From: Horticoccus luteus
Lineage (GTDB): Bacteria; Verrucomicrobiota; Verrucomicrobiia; Opitutales; Opitutaceae
DNA length: 32,000 nucleotides
NCBI RefSeq assembly: GCF_019464535.1
Contig: NZ_CP080507.1
Location: 30,001-62,000, forward strand
Direction of reading: 5' to 3'
The notes under the pieces were generated by a model. That model did no database searches and was not told where the DNA came from. It worked only from the letters and a program-made list of their open reading frames with translations. Positions 31,179-32,000 of the stretch are shown here, piece by piece (position 1 is the stretch's first letter; every line of letters begins with the position of its first letter). A program made the position numbers and the translations under genes.

Positions 31179-32000
31179 TCAGCGGCCGGAGGTGAGCGTC
31201 AGGCTGAGGTCGGCGGCGGGTGCGGAATGCGTCAGTGCGCCGATGCTGATGACGTCGACGCCGGGGAGCGCGTAGTCGCGCAGCGTGGCGAATTTCACGC
31301 CGCCGGAAACTTCCACGCGCGCCGCGCCGGCGATGAGGGCGACGGCGTTGCGCACGAGCGCGGGAGTCATGTTATCGAGCAGGATGACGTCGGCTTTCGC
31401 ACGCAGCGCCTCGCGCACTTCGCCGAGGGATTTGGCTTCGACCTCGATTCGGGCCGTGTGCGGCGCGGCGGCGCGGCAGAGGGCGACGGCTTTCGCGAGC
31501 GAGCCGGCGGCGGCGATGTGGTTGTCTTTGATCAAGACGTGTTCGCCGAGCGAGGAGCGGTGATTGAAGCAGCCGCCGCACCGCACGGCGTATTTTTCGA
31601 GGGCACGCCAGCCGGGGGTGGTTTTACGCGTGTCGACGATGCGGACGCCCGTGCCGTCGACGGCGTCGGCAAACGCGCGCGCCTGCGTGGCGATGCCGGA
31701 GAGACGTTGGAGGAAATTGAGGGCGGTGCGTTCGGCGGTGAGCAGCGCGGCGGTGGGGCCGGCGGTGCGCAGGACGACCGCGCCGGGTTTCAGGCGCTGG
31801 CCGTCGGCGGCGGTGAGTTTGACCTTCAGCGCGGGATCGACGCGGGTGAAGACGGCGGCGGCGACGTCGAGGCCGCAGGCGACGAGCGGTTGCTCGGCGG
31901 AAATGAAGGCGCGTGATTGGTGGCGGCCGGGAAAAATCGCGCGGCTCGTGAGGTCGCCGAGTCCGGCGTCTTCTTCCAAGGCGAGGTCGATGAGGTGCGA
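31179..32000 (-). CDS. nadC: Nicotinate-nucleotide pyrophosphorylase (quinolinate phosphoribosyltransferase); N-terminus outside the window
   Basis: 'LEEDAGLGDLTS', 'TERTALNFLQRLSGIAT', 'VDTRKTTPGWR', 'HRSSLGEHVLIKDNH', 'IEVE', 'ILLDNM' and 'VEVSGG'. The frame stays open to the window end ('SHLIDLALEEDAG..'). Confidence 0.9.
   Translation of the reverse strand, partial: SHLIDLALEEDAGLGDLTSRAIFPGRHQSRAFISAEQPLVACGLDVAAAVFTRVDPALKVKLTAADGQRLKPGAVVLRTAGPTAALLTAERTALNFLQRLSGIATQARAFADAVDGTGVRIVDTRKTTPGWRALEKYAVRCGGCFNHRSSLGEHVLIKDNHIAAAGSLAKAVALCRAAAPHTARIEVEAKSLGEVREALRAKADVILLDNMTPALVRNAVALIAGAARVEVSGGVKFATLRDYALPGVDVISIGALTHSAPAADLSLTLTSGR

Noticed and set aside
1-32000. CRISPR arrays, rRNA genes, transposases or toxin/defence-type gene pairs
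   Set aside because: No spaced direct-repeat array, no rRNA-like conserved blocks, no DDE/HUH transposase motifs and no nuclease/helicase/ATPase defence-type ORFs were seen. The only repeats found are the short ones listed above.

Overview
GC-rich bacterial chromosomal segment. The protein styles (YQWRK-type Ig-repeat adhesin, PEP-CTERM/exosortase, four-helix-bundle 'IVS' protein) suggest a Verrucomicrobiota/Opitutales-like genome, but this is inference only. I can support about 24 protein-coding genes and found no rRNA, tRNA or CRISPR. From left to right: (1) a NarL-type two-component pair (kinase cut by the window edge); (2) a 927-aa secreted Ig-repeat adhesin-like protein; (3) a LuxR-type solo regulator; (4) a 926-aa secreted (alpha/alpha)-barrel-like protein; (5) a Gfo/Idh/MocA-like oxidoreductase and a TPMT-like methyltransferase; (6) a tight three-gene exosortase cassette, made of one PEP-CTERM-type substrate, a membrane-anchored TPR-like protein and an exosortase-EpsI fusion; (7) housekeeping and envelope genes: adenine deaminase, Amidase_3 amidase, PhyH dioxygenase, fatty-acid hydroxylase, TlpA redoxin, an unknown 480-aa protein, an SLT transglycosylase, an MscS channel, miaB, a small membrane protein, gmk, nadB and nadC (cut by the window edge). 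The most interesting items are: the self-contained exosortase cassette with a non-canonical VPEAG sorting signal and no polysaccharide genes nearby; a four-helix-bundle (23S-IVS/Avd-like) gene bracketed by 31-bp inverted repeats that exactly fills the miaB-downstream gene gap; and a REP-like hairpin family (GTRG head plus 8-bp stem) with two copies lying in frame inside a coding region. There is also an integrase remnant next to AT-rich tandem repeats. Many long alternative-frame or antisense ORFs in the track are GC-driven artefacts. All functional calls come from motif recognition by eye; no searches were run.
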